Below, piece after piece: positions 62,744-64,000 of a stretch of 64,000 nt of DNA (within the stretch, counting starts at the first letter, position 1; every line of letters begins with the position of its first letter). The stretch comes from a virus. Lineage: Duplodnaviria > Caudoviricetes. Under the pieces are notes generated by a model that worked only from the letters and a program-made list of their open reading frames with translations, was not told the DNA's origin and searched no databases. The stretch covers positions 32,001 to 96,000 of IMG/VR virus record IMGVR_UViG_3300021387_001774. One strand, 5' to 3'. Position numbers and translations under genes: made by a program.

Positions 62744-62929
62744 AAGGTTCCTCCTAGCTAGGAAAAATTGAATATTCAATAAATCACACGATATTTTAGT
62801 ACCTGTGTAATTGACATTTAGTATATTAATATGTTTTATCGGTCCGTTTTTAGCTTCTTTTTATTTATATATTATATTTATAGATACATAACAAGTTTAT
62901 GTATACTAAAAGTTTATAGGTGGGTTACT

Positions 62930-63811
62930 ATGAAAAACTTATTTACTCGAATCGTAATAGCTATGGGATTAATGCTATTACCTACTTTGGCATATGCTTA
63001 CATGCCTGAAACGGATATCATGATCAAGATTAGTAGATCACAAGTTCCTGATGAAGTATTTATAGAAGATTTTTACAGGGACAACATCCCAGATGAATAC
63101 TGCGAAGCATTTATATATTATACTAAAGATTGCCCTGAAATTCGTATGAATTTCTATAGCATAATGATTGTAGAAAGTGGCAACTTTAGATGGTTTAGAA
63201 ATGTTAACGAGAATGGTTCTGTTGATTTAGGACCTTCTCAGTTGAATTCCAATAACCTGAAAAATAAACAATTCGTAAGAGCATTTCGTCCTAAAGACGA
63301 ATCTATGATTACAAGCAAGTATTGTTACTACATGGTTATGACCATTGGTTACTATAAAGACTTGTATGATAGATTGGGAGACAAGTATGCATTTTATGCA
63401 TACAATGGTGGTGATAAAGCTGCCAGACAAATAAAAAATGGAGAGACTCATAACGAGTCTCTCATAAAGAAAGTAAAGAGTTACGATAGACTTGTAAGAA
63501 AACAAGTTGAAATCAAGACTCAAGAGCTTGAAGAATATGTAAAGCTTAGAAGAGTTCAACATGTAATGTCAGTATATGAAAAATACTATAAAGACATAAT
63601 GTGGAAAACTACTGAGCTTTTAATATCTGAAGTAAGATTTGGACCATCAAGAGAGTGTTTCAATAAACTTCGTTTCGACCGCACTTCTTATTTCTTCAGA
63701 AGAAAGGATTTTTTCCAGTTTGAGTCTGAAGAAGTCGGTGTCGACATTAATCCTGAGGTTAGAACTCTCTACAACAAGCTCATGCAGACCTATATTTCCA
63801 TCGCTATCTAA
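62930..63811 (+). CDS. Secreted SLT-family lytic transglycosylase (candidate endolysin); start revised to 62930
   Basis: Signal peptide, IMIVESG (catalytic Glu), N.NGSVDLGPSQLN, AYNGG. Confidence 0.8.
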   Translation: MKNLFTRIVIAMGLMLLPTLAYAYMPETDIMIKISRSQVPDEVFIEDFYRDNIPDEYCEAFIYYTKDCPEIRMNFYSIMIVESGNFRWFRNVNENGSVDLGPSQLNSNNLKNKQFVRAFRPKDESMITSKYCYYMVMTIGYYKDLYDRLGDKYAFYAYNGGDKAARQIKNGETHNESLIKKVKSYDRLVRKQVEIKTQELEEYVKLRRVQHVMSVYEKYYKDIMWKTTELLISEVRFGPSRECFNKLRFDRTSYFFRRKDFFQFESEEVGVDINPEVRTLYNKLMQTYISIAI

Positions 63812-64000
63812 TTCACAGATTTCGAAGAATTGGTCTGCACAAATTCCTTCAGAAAGAATATAATCAATGTATTCTTTAATAGATGCTATATTTATAGCAT
63901 CTTCTGAAGGACTTTCTTTTTTTGCTAAGAAGCTTTTAAGAGATAGTTCTTTATAATTAGGAATATCTTCTTCAAAACTTTGATCTAATTTTTGCAATCC
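63647..64000 (-). CDS. 3' end of a gene entering from beyond the window; overlaps the SLT gene convergently
   Basis: Open frame to the window edge, protein-like acidic composition. Confidence 0.5.
   Translation of the reverse strand, partial: GLQKLDQSFEEDIPNYKELSLKSFLAKKESPSEDAINIASIKEYIDYILSEGICADQFFEICELDSDGNIGLHELVVESSNLRINVDTDFFRLKLEKILSSEEIRSAVETKFIETLS

Noticed and set aside
1-64000. Stop-codon recoding (alternative genetic code)
   Set aside because: Very long ORFs and high coding density under the standard code; the only split gene is explained by an intron
1-64000. tRNA or rRNA genes
   Set aside because: No cloverleaf or T-loop signatures seen in the intergenic regions by eye

Overview
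AT-rich, densely coding 64 kb segment of a giant (jumbo) myophage of the phiKZ/AR9-like group, probably infecting an anaerobe and possibly a spirochaete such as Treponema. Recognisable genes: a T4 gp21/phiKZ gp175-like prohead protease with S-x-E-processed internal head proteins, anaerobic ribonucleotide reductase nrdD split by a group I intron carrying an HNH homing endonuclease, the exonuclease/motif-A half of a split family-B DNA polymerase, several giant virion/tail proteins, probable tail tube and sheath, an SLT lytic transglycosylase, a DUF261-like Cys-His-Asp hydrolase and a metallophosphoesterase fusion. Two phage promoter classes can be read directly: a long AT-rich early-type motif (TAATTATATATTATATTAAT, about 13 sites) and a late-type (G/A)ACA-N6-T(A/G) motif resembling the AR9 non-virion RNA polymerase promoter (14 sites). 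The most unusual signal is a set of modular early expression cassettes. Unrelated small genes, one about 50% GC, sit between conserved structured 5' leaders and, in one family, a conserved covarying 3' double hairpin. One unit appears empty (promoter-hairpin-terminator, no gene). All calls are by eye from motifs; no database searches were run.
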